DNA from: an uncultured virus (IMG/VR IMGVR_UViG_3300014160_000002)
Lineage: Duplodnaviria > Heunggongvirae > Uroviricota > Caudoviricetes
Virus record (IMG/VR): IMGVR_UViG_3300014160_000002
Coordinates: 1-64,000 of that record
DNA length: 64,000 nt
Direction: 5' to 3' (one strand)
The first letter of the stretch is position 1, and the number at the start of each line of letters is the position of its first letter. The notes under the pieces are model-generated. The model made no database searches. It was not told the origin of the DNA and saw nothing but the letters and a program-made list of their open reading frames with translations. This document shows positions 26,887 through 37,755 of the stretch, one piece after another. Both the position numbers and the translations under genes were made by a program.

Positions 26887-29844
26887 ATGGCAGACGCAAA
26901 TTTACCTAGAATCGTCACACCTCCTATCACCGTGAAATCCGGGCCACTGCCACAGGCTTCTCTGGAGTCAGTGGAGCCGTCTTCCAGCCCCGTAAACATC
27001 CAAGAACTTCCACTTACCCAGCGGTCCCAGAGTGACATCGCCTCGCTTACACCCGCTACAAGAACGAATCAAATCAGGAACATTCTCCAGACAGCGGCAG
27101 AGAGGGACATCGTAAAGACCGCACCCGACATCGTGGTGTATATCGAGGGGCGTCCCTACCTCATCAACTACTTTATCAATTCTCAGGATGCTAAGAATCA
27201 GTCGGACGGAAATTACACCATAGTGAACTTCAACGACTTCATAGACTCCTTCGCCGTCTCTTATGACGTTGACAACCTTATCCCCTCCGGTTCCATTTCC
27301 ATGTTCGTTCCCAACAATTTTAAGCGGCTGTTCCAAGCTCCAGCGGGAGGGGAGAACATCCTTGAAACCATGATGGAGGTGCAGGTCTTCGCCAAGGGGT
27401 ATTTCCCTTCACCTCGGGGCAACACACTCTACTACCGGGTATTCAAGGGGATGATTTCTAACATTGTCTACAACGACATGGGAACACACTTGGCAATCTC
27501 CATCAGCATAGCGGGAACCATGCGCTTCCTTGAGCTTATGCAGATTGACCTCGCCCCGGCAATCACCAGCAACTCGCCGCAGAACTACCTCACCGCCTTC
27601 CAGAACAGCATGGCGGGAATGGACCCCTATAAGCAGCTTGCTGACGTTTTCATGCGGTCCGTCACCCCCGCAGGGTTCCAGTTGAACTCCATTCAGCAGG
27701 CCACGCTTAAGACCGGGCAGGCCAACACCTCCGACTGGGCGAAGGTTGTACACGATGACTACATCCTCCGCTGGCAGGCACGGCTGGTGAATATCGTCCG
27801 GGATGTCCGTATCCTCGGATACGACATGAAGCATTCTCCTATCACCACCACGCAAGACCCCTATCTCCTCCCCAATGTTCTTTCCATACAGGAGGCTGAT
27901 GCCAAGGGAAACTTGGACCCCGACCTTATCCGGCAGCGTGGCGACCGCATGACCAAGGAAGCACCCGGAAAGACCCGCTCCGACCCCAATATGTTCATCA
28001 ACATTATGCGGCGGTATCTTCCCGATATGCAGATAGGCTCCATCAAACTCTTGGATGGGAAGATAACCTCCCGTATAGACAGAATTCGTGTCCTGCTCAA
28101 CCTGATTCTCTTTGAGGGATTTCAGGACATGGATGGTGCCATTGTTTTCAAGCCGCCGTTCTACAACTTGGATGTCACGAATGTTGGTAATCTTAACCCC
28201 AACACGCCCGCTCCCAACGCCTCGTATTACTTTACTGATACCACTAACCCCTTTGTGGTTTATTTGAGTGAGATAGAGTCGGAGACAGAGACCGAAGACG
28301 AGCATGGCATCAAGGCTACCCGTGTGGCATTCCGGGGAGACTGGCTGACTAATTTCCATTTCAACTCGGAGACTGGGGCTACGTTGATGCCCACGGTGGA
28401 CCATATCGACATCGCCAAGCTCATTAAGTTTGGGCTTCGAGAGGAACCTGCCCGGCAGATACCCTTCGTGCAATCCAACGACACGAAGACACTTTATGCT
28501 TATGCGACCTCGGAACTCAACCGGGCTAATCGAAGCTACCGGACTTACTCCATCACCATCCCCCTGCGCCCGGAATTACATCTGGGCTTCCCCATGTACT
28601 TCCCGCATAAGGACATGTATGGGTATATCAAATCAATCAGCATTAACTATCAACAGTCTTCTGCCGCTACGATGTCGGTTACACTAGATACCATCCGCAA
28701 GCGTCCCATGATTCCCTCGGTTCGGACGGTGGGAAACAAACATCTGACTTCCTATACCAGCCAACCCAACCTCGTGTTCCAGTGGACTACTCCGCCAGCA
28801 TCAACCGTTGGTGCTGTCAATCCTCCCAACTGGGCCTCCCAAAACGCTGTTCAGCCTTCCACGGGATTGGGTGCGGGGGGGAACAACTCCAACAGTTCAC
28901 AAGTGGCGCTTAATGGGAATACTGTCACGGGTCGTCAGCCGCAAGACACCCCGTTTTCGAGCGATGAGTGGGCCTACATCAAACACCAAAAGGAGACCAT
29001 CGGAAATCTGTGGTCCACCCGGTTTGACACTCTGAACAAGTGTTTCAGAATTCAGAACGATAGTGCTTCCTCCAGTGATGTTTCGGAGTACAATAAGATA
29101 GCCGCCGCTAATGGTGGGATGATTCCGATGACCGCCAACAAGCCCTATTTTGACGCCAAATACTGGCTTCCCAAAGGCATCAACTCCGCTTATTACCACA
29201 AGATTCTCAACACTCAGCCCTACACCGATGAGAAGGGGTATGAACTCGTATCTCCTTTCCCATGGGGAAGATGGGCAACACTCACCGATGCATTTAACCA
29301 GAGCCGGTTAGGGATACTTACTAATTACGCCGCTTCTTCCTTTGGGATTGCTAGCGCCAACACCACCGTCAACACCTTCTTGTTTGCGGGCATGGTCTCT
29401 CCTGATGACCCAAGTATCGCCGGACAGATGCTCGCCAGTTTCCCCACTCCTACGCCTAACAGTTTTACTCCCGAGGAGAATGCGGCCATTGCTAACGGTG
29501 CTGAGACCGCTTCGCAGGCGGCACAGAACAAGATAGTGAACTCTCTCTTTGACACGGTTACACAGGATGCCGTCATTGAATTGGTGACACCGCAGCCTAA
29601 CTACCCCGGCACCGACAGCAGCCTTACTCAAAACCTCCAGCCGGACCTCCAGCAGGCGCAGACGGCGTTGACAGGTGACCTTGCAACCATCCAGAACGAG
29701 GTATCCGTGTTCATCACGGGCGGAGTGGGTACCTCCAACACCCAGAACATAAAGCAGTTGAGTGGAACTACGGTCAATCCTAAGACCCCAACACCTTCTT
29801 TGCCTCCTTTTCTTAAAAAAGCTTTGAACGGAGGTAATAGTTAG
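26887..29844 (+). CDS. Putative baseplate hub protein
   Basis: 985 aa; VFKGMIS, DGAIVFKPPFY, LRPELHLGFP, YIKSISINY; gene order. Confidence 0.6.
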   Translation: MADANLPRIVTPPITVKSGPLPQASLESVEPSSSPVNIQELPLTQRSQSDIASLTPATRTNQIRNILQTAAERDIVKTAPDIVVYIEGRPYLINYFINSQDAKNQSDGNYTIVNFNDFIDSFAVSYDVDNLIPSGSISMFVPNNFKRLFQAPAGGENILETMMEVQVFAKGYFPSPRGNTLYYRVFKGMISNIVYNDMGTHLAISISIAGTMRFLELMQIDLAPAITSNSPQNYLTAFQNSMAGMDPYKQLADVFMRSVTPAGFQLNSIQQATLKTGQANTSDWAKVVHDDYILRWQARLVNIVRDVRILGYDMKHSPITTTQDPYLLPNVLSIQEADAKGNLDPDLIRQRGDRMTKEAPGKTRSDPNMFINIMRRYLPDMQIGSIKLLDGKITSRIDRIRVLLNLILFEGFQDMDGAIVFKPPFYNLDVTNVGNLNPNTPAPNASYYFTDTTNPFVVYLSEIESETETEDEHGIKATRVAFRGDWLTNFHFNSETGATLMPTVDHIDIAKLIKFGLREEPARQIPFVQSNDTKTLYAYATSELNRANRSYRTYSITIPLRPELHLGFPMYFPHKDMYGYIKSISINYQQSSAATMSVTLDTIRKRPMIPSVRTVGNKHLTSYTSQPNLVFQWTTPPASTVGAVNPPNWASQNAVQPSTGLGAGGNNSNSSQVALNGNTVTGRQPQDTPFSSDEWAYIKHQKETIGNLWSTRFDTLNKCFRIQNDSASSSDVSEYNKIAAANGGMIPMTANKPYFDAKYWLPKGINSAYYHKILNTQPYTDEKGYELVSPFPWGRWATLTDAFNQSRLGILTNYAASSFGIASANTTVNTFLFAGMVSPDDPSIAGQMLASFPTPTPNSFTPEENAAIANGAETASQAAQNKIVNSLFDTVTQDAVIELVTPQPNYPGTDSSLTQNLQPDLQQAQTALTGDLATIQNEVSVFITGGVGTSNTQNIKQLSGTTVNPKTPTPSLPPFLKKALNGGNS

Positions 29845-29845
29845 T

Positions 29846-32212
29846 ATGCCAGTTCCCTCGCTCCAACAGCATATGTACAAGGACATGCCCTCTGCTCCAA
29901 CCAAGATGTCGGAGCAGTTTCAGGTGTTCCTTGCGACGGTACAGACCGTGGACTATGAACGGCAGATGTGTACCATCATGGACATGCGGACCCGGCAGGT
30001 ATATTCCGAAGTTGCCGTCATCCCCTGTACTTATAGTTCTTACGAGTCTACCGATGTATCTATGCCCGAGAAGGGGTCAACTTGCATTGCCGTGCCCTTG
30101 TTCTACATGGGTGGTCATACCCAAATGGCAATCCTCACGTGGGCTATGTCCCATATCGCCCGTGCGCAGGATGCCATCGCCATGCGGGAATTAGAAGGCG
30201 TAGCGGGAATGAATGAGCGGCGGCGGGGAAACTACCGCACGGCGTACCCCGGTCAGCGGACGGCCTCCTTCTCGCAGGGATATACGGAGCGAACCAACCC
30301 CGGCTGGGACAAGGCAACCGGTGGATTCGACCGGGAGAACGTCAACTCATATAGCCGGACGTGGAGTACCGTCACCTCCCGTCATGTGCGTTATTCCGAT
30401 GCCGGTCTGAGCTTCGAGGGACCTGCCGTGCGCCCGGCTGCCAGCAACATTCCCAATCCCACCATCCTGCCGGATGGTACTCGGGATTATTCTCTCTTCC
30501 TCCAGCCGGAAGTTCCGCTTTCCTCCCGTTATCTCAGCGGTCAGCAGGATGTCACACCGTTTACGGAGAACACCACCCGTGTGCAGGAGTTCGCCCTTGA
30601 CTATCCGCTGCCCCCCGAGGTGTTGCAGACAGACCTACTGGATAACGTCCTCGGTACCACGGCTAATCCATGGATACGCACCACGGTCAAGACACAAGGG
30701 AAGTTCCAAGTTGACAATGAGACCTACTTTGCTAATCAGGATTTCGACCACCCCACTGACCCTAATAGCAAGGGATTGGTCGGTCCCACTCTGAATGAAG
30801 GCCCTACACCCGCCCGCAAGGGATTTATCGTAGAGCACAGTGAAGGGACGCTGGTGGGATATAACCTATTTGACGACAGCACCTATGGTCAGGTGCTCAA
30901 GCCGGTCCTTTCGGAACTCACTACCAATGCCGCCCCTAACGGAGGCGGGAGGTTCGGAGCGAATTTTGAGAGTGGATATAACCCCGTGGTGGACAGTACC
31001 GACCACATTGAAGCCCGTGTCGCCGCCAGTTGTTATTCCACCCGGTTCCCCACCGAGTACAACACCACCCGTTGGGATGTGAGCAAGGAAGGGATGCTCA
31101 TCTTCGAGGTGGGAAGCTCTCTACCCAAGGAGAATAACCAATTTCAACCTCTCAATGGCTATGAGTATCCTCACGGGGCCGGACGGAGCGTTGAGGGGCA
31201 CCTTGTAGGCTCATTAAAGCTAGTCGTAGGAAAAAACCGTGATGAAGAGGACGCCATTGACCTCCAAGCTCTCGGACAATCTATCCTACGACTCGGATGT
31301 GACGATACCACGCTCCCCAACTCCGGGAGAAGCGTGCAGACGCAGATACGAGGTAGTCAGGACGCCGTACAGAATCGGACCCTCCAGTATTGGGATGCCG
31401 CCCACCGTAAATTGCAGGGCATCGGCGACTGCGGTACGCTGACTAACAAGCTGGCGGCGGAAGCCATCAGTCTGCGCATGGCTACAGACGGAGCGGCGGT
31501 AGTCCGGCTGGGGGCACGCCGGGACAACGACGGAGTAAAGCGGAAGCACATCATCAACGGGTACTCAGATGGACCCGGAAAGCAGTTTGACCCCACGGTT
31601 GTTAACTCGCACAGCCCCGGACGGCCTATGTATACGCCCAGCGGAGATGCGACTTTCCAATTCCATGATTTGACCACCGCAGGAGCGCCGACCGGCAACA
31701 ACGGTATGCCCATGGTGCCCTACAACTCTTGGCTGGGTAACCCCGTTCCCAATGGAATGGATGCTCATGGACAGTCCTTGGACCTCCACGCTGTCCGGGA
31801 TGTCCTCCTCCGCATTGGTGCCAACAAGAACTCCGGGCAGTCTCTCCTTTTGGATTTGGATGGCGGAGTCGTCATAACAACTGGAGCGGATAAGCAAGGC
31901 AGGTCACTTACCGGGGCCTTGGCAGGCGGGGTGGAACTCACCATTGGTCAAAGCTCCGCTAAGAAGGGACTCAGGCTGGAAATCAACGGTGACGTGGATA
32001 TGATGGTTTACGGTAACATGCACCAACACGTAACCGGTACTTACACGTTGGAGTGCGCCCAGTTCCGGGGCGTGACAATGACTGAGCATGTTCAGACTGC
32101 TCAAAGAATTATTGAGGCGGCACTAGCCCGCCACACGACCGAGGCTCCTGATATTGTGCATAATCAGGGAAGCTACATCTCGGGAGTCAACGATACGGTG
32201 TCAACAGGATAA
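29846..32212 (+). CDS. Putative baseplate central spike (gp5/gpV-like)
   Basis: OB-fold-like N-terminus (ATVQTVDYE...MPEKGS) and beta-helix-like C-terminus (INGDVDMMVYGNMHQHVTGTY). Confidence 0.6.
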   Translation: MPVPSLQQHMYKDMPSAPTKMSEQFQVFLATVQTVDYERQMCTIMDMRTRQVYSEVAVIPCTYSSYESTDVSMPEKGSTCIAVPLFYMGGHTQMAILTWAMSHIARAQDAIAMRELEGVAGMNERRRGNYRTAYPGQRTASFSQGYTERTNPGWDKATGGFDRENVNSYSRTWSTVTSRHVRYSDAGLSFEGPAVRPAASNIPNPTILPDGTRDYSLFLQPEVPLSSRYLSGQQDVTPFTENTTRVQEFALDYPLPPEVLQTDLLDNVLGTTANPWIRTTVKTQGKFQVDNETYFANQDFDHPTDPNSKGLVGPTLNEGPTPARKGFIVEHSEGTLVGYNLFDDSTYGQVLKPVLSELTTNAAPNGGGRFGANFESGYNPVVDSTDHIEARVAASCYSTRFPTEYNTTRWDVSKEGMLIFEVGSSLPKENNQFQPLNGYEYPHGAGRSVEGHLVGSLKLVVGKNRDEEDAIDLQALGQSILRLGCDDTTLPNSGRSVQTQIRGSQDAVQNRTLQYWDAAHRKLQGIGDCGTLTNKLAAEAISLRMATDGAAVVRLGARRDNDGVKRKHIINGYSDGPGKQFDPTVVNSHSPGRPMYTPSGDATFQFHDLTTAGAPTGNNGMPMVPYNSWLGNPVPNGMDAHGQSLDLHAVRDVLLRIGANKNSGQSLLLDLDGGVVITTGADKQGRSLTGALAGGVELTIGQSSAKKGLRLEINGDVDMMVYGNMHQHVTGTYTLECAQFRGVTMTEHVQTAQRIIEAALARHTTEAPDIVHNQGSYISGVNDTVSTG

Positions 32213-35200
32213 TGGGAGCACCTTTCACATCAGCGCTGCAACAAGCCCAAACGTGGCCCATCAAGGCCCAAGGGGCGGTACAAAGGTTCAAACCCTTCGG
32301 TGACCCGAAGATTGAGAACTTCTACCATAAGTCTCTTGAAGATGGGCGGCAATTGGAGAAGTCTGTCACCGATGCCAACAACTGGATGATGGAAAAACGG
32401 GATATCATCCAAAAGCACATTCAACAGGCATTCAACCAAGTTAAGTTGGCGACGGATGGTAAGCTGGACAACCCACCTCGGGCGATAAAATATGGCTATG
32501 ACATCATCACTTTCATGCAGCAAGTCAATCAGTTTCAGAGTGAGATTATTGGCCTCGTCAGTGCGGCTACCAAGAACATCGGTATCCTTAGTAGCATGGA
32601 GCAGAACATCCTCCAGATGGTACAGGCAAACCTCAACGCCATAGCCTCCATGCTTCACGATATTTGCAACTGGGCATTACCAGACCTACCCGCCATCCCC
32701 AACCTGTTCTCCGATACCATTTGGAAGTGGAACGGGTTTAAGTTCTTTCCCCTAGCGAGCTTTATTCCGCACCCGAACTTCGATACCAACTTTGCTTTTG
32801 GGCAATGCCAATTGCACGTTCCAAATGTCAACATCCTGCGGAATTTCCCCACCACTAATCAAACCTACAACGGGGTTACATTTGGTACACCACTCTTTGT
32901 TCCACCTCTTGGTGGTGTCATACCGAACACGGGAGTCAATCTTTCTGACCCAGTGTTCATCCAGCAGATGAAGAACACAACCACGGTTCCCGTCTACACG
33001 CCGGACCAGAGCTACCCCAATTACTTCAACCCTCAATCATCAATGCAGGGTAGTTTGCCCAACCCGGCGACGGTCATCAGCAACTATCAGATGCCCCCGG
33101 CGACCTATGCGGCAAACATTGTCAGCACCGTGCCCGCCCTAGCGGGTGATGTTATCGAGCCGACCGACCCGGATTACAGCAACCCCAACCTTCCCGTGCG
33201 GCAAGCGACCCTTCGTCAGGACCTCACTCGTTATGTGACTTTGGGGAATGTGGTGGACAGCAACTTTGACCCCAATCTTACCAGCGCATGGGTATTCTAT
33301 CTTAGCAGTACTCGGAGTGGGCGTGCCGGTCAGTGGTTGACCAACTTCGAGGCGGCGTATCAAACCTTTGTTCAGCCGTCCGTGGATTACCTTGCCGCCA
33401 ATCCCATTCCATGGAATCAAGTATTGCCCGGAGATGTGCTCAATTCCGGCCCGGCAACCTTGCCTCTCATCGTTTCGTTGATGCCCGCAGGCTCGCCCCC
33501 GGTACTCACGGAGACACAGGGTAACACCCTTTGGAGATTGTCTTATGTCGAAGCCGCCGTGCTCGGATATGTTAGAAACACTACGTGGGATGGGTATGCG
33601 GATAATAACTACGTTGGGAGTTTCACCCAAACGGATTTGGATTATCAGTCCATCCCCACATCCAGTGCTGCTGGAACCACCACAATTTTACTGGGAGAAG
33701 GGGAAGCTGACTACCCTGTTTCCTGTACATTCCCTACTTCAATCGGTAAAAATCTCCTGTCTGTCATTTCGTTAGCGGATACTCGTATCCAGCTTGACAC
33801 GAAATACCAGAGTGTCCACCCGCAGTATCGCTACACCTACGACCAGTTCGCTATTGCCAAGCAGGTGGACCGCTTCACGCAGTTCTGGCGGGACTTCAAT
33901 GCCAACCTCCAGACACTCCTCGTGCAGGACCCCTACATCATCGGATTTGTGTGTGCCTACGTTGCCAGCTTAGACTCTGCTATTGACCCACTGGGTAACC
34001 CAACTGATTACAACACCGTGCTGACCGACGCCAGCACCCGCAGCCGGACATGGTCTCCGGGTTTCCCGCTTCTCCCCATTCCGACCGCCCCTATCGTTAC
34101 CTACTCTCAGAGTGCTTTGCAAGACCCCAATCAGACCGGCTGGTACGGCACAACGTTGGACCCGGTTGCCTATCTGTCCCGGCCTGACATACAGGGGCAG
34201 ACCATCCCCGTACAGATGGCGATGCTCTCTTGCAATCAGTCCGCCGCCAGCCTCATGGCATATAAGGCAAACATTCAGCAGGCATTCTCCGATGCCATTA
34301 CCACGGTGCAACAGCAGATTCAGGGAGCACAGAACTTTGGATTTCAGGTGGAGTCAAACGCTGCTTACACGCTCGTCCCCACAGGAGTCTATGGGGCTGA
34401 GGTGGTGTTTGACCAAGTGGACTTCGACCTGACGGGGTACGTCTCCCTCAGCCCACCCGTTTATACCATCACAGCGCCGGGTGCTTACGCCGTCACGGGG
34501 CAGCTTAATTGGGAGGCGGGGGACGCCGGGATTAGAACAGTCACCGTTTACGTCCAATATGCCTCTGGGTCTCCTCCGACGCCGGTTGCCATTATTACCG
34601 AGTCTTCACCCCTCAATCAAACGGGTCCATTCATCCTGCCGTTCAGCGGGACCTTCAATTTTAACGTGGGGGATATCTTGACGGTGGTTGCTACCCACGG
34701 ATTGTCCACTCCCCAGCAGGTGGGACCGGGCAGCCTGTTCAGTGCTGTCATCTATCAGAACACACCGGACAATACCCCGGTTGCCCCGCCCTCGCCCACC
34801 TCGGGAGGAACTCAGACATTGACGGCGGATGCCGATATGGCAATGCTGACGGCGGTCTACGTGGACGGCTCGGGAGGAGTCGTACCGGTTGACCCCACGG
34901 GTGTGACGCCGGGGCCGTCTCTGTCCCCGCCGTTCTTCTACGATGTGTACCCGTATATCGACGGTGTAACTTTAGCTGATGTCACCACCGGTAACACGGT
35001 GACTATCGCTGTGGGCTATGGTTCGGCATTCCAAATCCCCGGTGCAAACTTCATTCCCGGAGGACTTCTATACGCTGGACCCGGAGGCGTGCTATCTCAA
35101 GATTTTAATGATGTTATACTATCTGACTGCAAGTGGATAATCGTTGCCGGACGGGCGCTGGACAGTCAGACTTTCCTTTATGAACCTCATATCCCCACAA

Positions 35201-35247
35201 GGACAATCTTCGCCGACCCCCCGGCTAGCCCCCCGTTTTCATTTTAG
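32212..35247 (+). CDS. Virion structural protein
   Basis: 1011 aa, translationally coupled; beta-rich C-terminus. Confidence 0.7.
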   Translation: MGAPFTSALQQAQTWPIKAQGAVQRFKPFGDPKIENFYHKSLEDGRQLEKSVTDANNWMMEKRDIIQKHIQQAFNQVKLATDGKLDNPPRAIKYGYDIITFMQQVNQFQSEIIGLVSAATKNIGILSSMEQNILQMVQANLNAIASMLHDICNWALPDLPAIPNLFSDTIWKWNGFKFFPLASFIPHPNFDTNFAFGQCQLHVPNVNILRNFPTTNQTYNGVTFGTPLFVPPLGGVIPNTGVNLSDPVFIQQMKNTTTVPVYTPDQSYPNYFNPQSSMQGSLPNPATVISNYQMPPATYAANIVSTVPALAGDVIEPTDPDYSNPNLPVRQATLRQDLTRYVTLGNVVDSNFDPNLTSAWVFYLSSTRSGRAGQWLTNFEAAYQTFVQPSVDYLAANPIPWNQVLPGDVLNSGPATLPLIVSLMPAGSPPVLTETQGNTLWRLSYVEAAVLGYVRNTTWDGYADNNYVGSFTQTDLDYQSIPTSSAAGTTTILLGEGEADYPVSCTFPTSIGKNLLSVISLADTRIQLDTKYQSVHPQYRYTYDQFAIAKQVDRFTQFWRDFNANLQTLLVQDPYIIGFVCAYVASLDSAIDPLGNPTDYNTVLTDASTRSRTWSPGFPLLPIPTAPIVTYSQSALQDPNQTGWYGTTLDPVAYLSRPDIQGQTIPVQMAMLSCNQSAASLMAYKANIQQAFSDAITTVQQQIQGAQNFGFQVESNAAYTLVPTGVYGAEVVFDQVDFDLTGYVSLSPPVYTITAPGAYAVTGQLNWEAGDAGIRTVTVYVQYASGSPPTPVAIITESSPLNQTGPFILPFSGTFNFNVGDILTVVATHGLSTPQQVGPGSLFSAVIYQNTPDNTPVAPPSPTSGGTQTLTADADMAMLTAVYVDGSGGVVPVDPTGVTPGPSLSPPFFYDVYPYIDGVTLADVTTGNTVTIAVGYGSAFQIPGANFIPGGLLYAGPGGVLSQDFNDVILSDCKWIIVAGRALDSQTFLYEPHIPTRTIFADPPASPPFSF

Positions 35248-35392
35248 ACAAATAGCCTGATTGTTTTAACTTTTTGCCCGAGATGCAGTATTGTCCAACT
35301 ATGGAATGTAAAACTGTATGCACTCTAGTCAGCCCGTCTGGACGGAAAGGAGAGTAAGAAAAGGCGGAATTTCGTAGTAAAAAGGAGGAAAT

Positions 35393-36127
35393 TTGAGCAG
35401 AATCACTCTATTTCTACTCGTCCTCTTGACGCTTTCGGGCATTGCCTTGCCAGCTATGCCACAGTCTGCCGAGATAAAATGGGATTCACTCGGACAGGCG
35501 TCTTCCTATGGGAAAGAACGTCAAGGGAAACTTACTTCCAGTGGGGAAGTGTTTGATTATCACAAACTTACCGCAGCACACCGTACCCTGCCTTTCGGGA
35601 GCATCGTGCTCGTAACCAACCTGCGCAACAACAAACAGGTGAAGGTGAGGATTAACGACCGTGGACCGGGGATACCCAAGCGCATCATTGATGTCTCCAC
35701 GGCGGCTGCGAACCGGCTCGGCTTTGACGGATTGACAGATGCCAAAATCGAGGTCCTCTATTACGGAGAGGTTACACCGGATTACTTTTACCTCGCTTTG
35801 AATTGTAGGGCGGGGCAGCCGGATTGGAAACCGTGTGCGTCTCGCTTAACAAGACCACCCGGAGACAGTATTAAACCACAGGAGAGATTTCATGAGAATC
35901 CTAGTCTTGCAGGACGACCTGCACAAGTACCTAGCGTTCGTGGTGGAGTCCTACGCTCGGCGGGGAATCGACCCGGAGGAAGGACAGTCGCTCTTCTATC
36001 TTCACAAAGCCATCGGAGCCGCCCGGTTGATACCCGACGACCAAGTAGCCAAAGTGGGCGTCAACGACTCGGGGAACGCCACGTTGTCAGTAGAATCGAA
36101 GAACGGGGAGACGGTAGAGGGGGGTAA
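35393..36127 (+). CDS. rlpA: RlpA-like DPBB lytic transglycosylase with signal peptide
   Basis: GQASSYG, TSSGE, LTAAHRTLPFGS, VRINDRGP, RIIDVS. Confidence 0.88.
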   Translation: MSRITLFLLVLLTLSGIALPAMPQSAEIKWDSLGQASSYGKERQGKLTSSGEVFDYHKLTAAHRTLPFGSIVLVTNLRNNKQVKVRINDRGPGIPKRIIDVSTAAANRLGFDGLTDAKIEVLYYGEVTPDYFYLALNCRAGQPDWKPCASRLTRPPGDSIKPQERFHENPSLAGRPAQVPSVRGGVLRSAGNRPGGRTVALLSSQSHRSRPVDTRRPSSQSGRQRLGERHVVSRIEERGDGRGG

Positions 36128-36158
36128 ACCCCCCGTAGGTGTTACGGAGGTTGACTAA
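35892..36158 (+). CDS. Hypothetical protein
   Basis: AGGAG SD; coupled to the next ORF; overlaps the RlpA tail in another frame. Confidence 0.6.
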   Translation: MRILVLQDDLHKYLAFVVESYARRGIDPEEGQSLFYLHKAIGAARLIPDDQVAKVGVNDSGNATLSVESKNGETVEGGKPPVGVTEVD

Positions 36159-36481
36159 TGGGATGCAGTGACCGTTGGGATGACCCTTCGCCGGAAGAAC
36201 TGGCGAAGGAGAAAAAGGAAGAAGAGTTCCAAGAATTGGTTGGCGCTCTTCATGGCAGAATCCTAAAGAAGAACTGCGCCACTTTCAGTGCTGAGGAGTT
36301 ACGGCGGCTTATCAACATGCCCTCGTGCCCCTTTGCCTACTCCGTTCCCAAGTACACGGAGGTTGACCGGGCTTTCCTGCTACGCATGGAAAAACGGCAC
36401 GTGGGGGTCATGAGCATGGACCATGAGGCATGGATGCGTGACCAAAAGAAAAAGGACAGAGGGTGTCCGGGGATAGGCTAA
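36158..36481 (+). CDS. Hypothetical protein
   Basis: GGAGG SD; TAATG coupling. Confidence 0.6.
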   Translation: MGCSDRWDDPSPEELAKEKKEEEFQELVGALHGRILKKNCATFSAEELRRLINMPSCPFAYSVPKYTEVDRAFLLRMEKRHVGVMSMDHEAWMRDQKKKDRGCPGIG

Positions 36482-36717
36482 TGGGTGAATTCAAAGACCG
36501 ATTCGGTTTGGGATGGATGAAACCTCAGCACAGACCCACGGTAGAGAAGTGTGTGAAATATCACCTTCCCAGTGGGGATTTGATTATCGCCTCGGAGGCG
36601 TGCGGCGGCGTGGTAGAAACCAACATGCGCACGGGCAAAAACACCTACGTTGCAGCCACTCTCGGAGATTACATCGTTAGGCTGACTGGGGTGATTGAGG
36701 TGTGTCCGGTGTCTTGA
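36481..36717 (+). CDS. Hypothetical protein
   Basis: TAATG coupling. Confidence 0.5.
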   Translation: MGEFKDRFGLGWMKPQHRPTVEKCVKYHLPSGDLIIASEACGGVVETNMRTGKNTYVAATLGDYIVRLTGVIEVCPVS

Positions 36718-37132
36718 ACTCCGCCTCCTCCGCTAACCGCCGCCGTAGCAAACCGGCCACTACTTGACTGTTGACGTGGTCCCACTTCTCGAACTCGGCA
36801 GCGGCATGAGCGAAGTCTCCCGTGTTGACTAACTTTAGCAGGGTTGACACCCGGAGATTTCCCACGCCGCAGTTGAAGGCAAAATCCACCAAGGCATCAT
36901 ACTCACCCTGCGTCAGGGGAATTTTCACCAAGGCTTGTACACCCGTCTCGGCTACCGCCATATCAGTACGGAGCCAGATTTCTGCCTGTTCCTGCGTGCA
37001 GGTCATCCCCGGCCCCACGAGGTGGGTATGACCGTATCCTATGGTCCACACACCGCCTGTGTCTTGGTAAGAGGTGAGCCTGCATCCTTCAAACCCCTCT
37101 GTAAGCTGTATTCCCTTTTTAGAGTATTGCAT
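36677..37132 (-). CDS. Lysozyme / endolysin (GH24)
   Basis: FEGCRLTSYQDTGGVWTIGYGHT, DALVDFAFNCG, GLLRRRLAE. Confidence 0.95.
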   Translation of the reverse strand: MQYSKKGIQLTEGFEGCRLTSYQDTGGVWTIGYGHTHLVGPGMTCTQEQAEIWLRTDMAVAETGVQALVKIPLTQGEYDALVDFAFNCGVGNLRVSTLLKLVNTGDFAHAAAEFEKWDHVNSQVVAGLLRRRLAEEAEFKTPDTPQSPQSA

Positions 37133-37148
37133 TTTTCCTCCTCAATTC

Positions 37149-37703
37149 CTACACGGCTATGTCTAAATACGCCGTATCTTGAGTAAAATCTATGTGTACC
37201 ACCATATGGCTGGCGGAACCCATGGGGGGCGAAAGCCCAATATCCTCTGCCCCTGCATCCGGCACATACGTCACCGAGATGATTCCATTGGCATAAGCCA
37301 GCTTGGAGGGGGTGTACCCTATCAAAGACGAGGGAAAGTTGGGGTTATTTAGTGCGAAGTTGTTGGTAAGAAGTAAGTTATCCCCCAGAAGAAACGTCAT
37401 CCACAGCGCCAGAGCCGGGCTGCTCTCATCAAGAATTGTCAGGTTGGCTCTCCCGAGAAGGACCAGACCGTAGGCCGGGAAGGCCCCAGCCACTCCCCGG
37501 TAGGGGCCTGAACCCTCAGAGTACCAAGAAGCAACAGTGGGAGGCGATAAATCCTCTACGCCGTTCGTATAATGGGAGCCGTTGAAGGCAAAGCCATTGT
37601 GCCCGTTCTGCTCGGGAAAGTAAAAAGAGTCGCTGTTCGACTGCTGGATGAGGGCAGTGGCGACGATGGGTTGAGAAATGTAACCGTATGGGACGACAGC
37701 CAT
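37149..37703 (-). CDS. Probable virion protein
   Basis: ATG at 37703 (MAVVPYG...) with candidate late promoter upstream. Confidence 0.65.
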   Translation of the reverse strand: MAVVPYGYISQPIVATALIQQSNSDSFYFPEQNGHNGFAFNGSHYTNGVEDLSPPTVASWYSEGSGPYRGVAGAFPAYGLVLLGRANLTILDESSPALALWMTFLLGDNLLLTNNFALNNPNFPSSLIGYTPSKLAYANGIISVTYVPDAGAEDIGLSPPMGSASHMVVHIDFTQDTAYLDIAV

Positions 37704-37755
37704 TTGAAATCCTTTGACTTTGCTCCTACTAATTAGATGGAAAGTCTCGGCGTAG

